From a virus (Duplodnaviria > Caudoviricetes): a stretch of 26,198 nucleotides of DNA. Position numbers and translations under genes: made by a program. Within the stretch, counting starts at the first letter, position 1; each line of letters starts with the position of its first letter. This document shows, in pieces, positions 25,968 to 26,198 of the stretch. The stretch is taken from IMG/VR virus record IMGVR_UViG_3300032218_002706, positions 1 through 26,198 of that record. One strand, given 5' to 3'. The notes under the pieces are model-generated. The model searched no databases and was not told where the DNA came from. It saw only the letters and a program-made list of their open reading frames with translations.

Positions 25968-25990
25968 ACTCTGATTTGTTTGTGTAATTG

Positions 25991-25997
25991 ATAAATA
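25991..25997 (-). promoter_or_regulatory. TATTTAT upstream motif (candidate phage promoter)
   Basis: AATATTTATCAAT about 24 nt upstream of the helicase ATG. Confidence 0.5.
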
Positions 25998-26198
25998 TTA
26001 TACCTCAAGTGGAAGGCCAAGATATTCGTAAGTTAAATTTTCATCTGAAAAAATGTCAGTTAAACCCTTTAGTATATTTTTTAGGTATGGGCGTACGTCA
26101 ACGGTATATCTTACCTTTGGTGGGTATAATTTAGCGTTAAATTGTCTATGACAAATTGTCTCATCTCCAATCTTAATAAAGATGTTGAAGTTCTCAGC
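25998..26198 (-). CDS. Hypothetical protein, partial (C-terminal 66 aa; start beyond the right edge); not in the supplied ORF track
   Basis: Open frame ...AENFNIFIKIGDETICHRQFNAKLYPPKVRYTVDVRPYLKNILKGLTDIFSDENLTYEYLGLPLEV ending TAA at 26000-25998, 30 nt before the helicase ATG. Confidence 0.75.
   Translation of the reverse strand, partial: AENFNIFIKIGDETICHRQFNAKLYPPKVRYTVDVRPYLKNILKGLTDIFSDENLTYEYLGLPLEV

Noticed and set aside
1-26198. Stop-codon reassignment, since all checked stops are TAA
   Set aside because: Genes are full length under the standard code with no fragmentation at TAG or TGA; TAA bias is expected at this AT content.
1-26198. Eukaryotic giant-virus origin (eukaryote-like RNR, Cys-rich and mucin-like proteins) or a cellular eCIS/T6SS locus
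   Set aside because: gp25, gp6/J and gpI-like genes beside a DnaB/gp41 helicase and RNR in coupled operons fit a tailed phage better.

Overview
AT-rich, gene-dense segment with every credible gene on the minus strand, best read as part of a large contractile-tailed (myovirus-type) phage genome. In transcription order (right to left): a partial hypothetical gene, a DnaB/gp41-like helicase, class Ia ribonucleotide reductase nrdB and nrdA, a repeat-containing terminator/promoter junction, then a virion operon. That operon holds gp25-like and gp6/J-like baseplate proteins, a 1657-aa protein with an internal membrane-spanning block, three unknown proteins, a PKD-domain protein, a gpI/gp7-like wedge protein, a 7x SprB-repeat fibre with Pro-Thr linkers, a lone minimal nucleotidyltransferase, a second Pro-Thr-linker protein and a Ser/Thr-rich Gly-X-Y protein running off the left edge. 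SprB repeats and A-rich leaders without Shine-Dalgarno sites suggest a Bacteroidota host (inference). Main unexplained signals: a dispersed [S/T]-G-x-T peptide motif in the putative outer virion proteins but absent from the enzymes (candidate modification sequon), a ~120-aa domain shared by the wedge protein and the SprB fibre, the orphan nucleotidyltransferase inside the structural operon, and a TATTTAT upstream motif. All family calls are from motif recognition by eye; no database searches were run.
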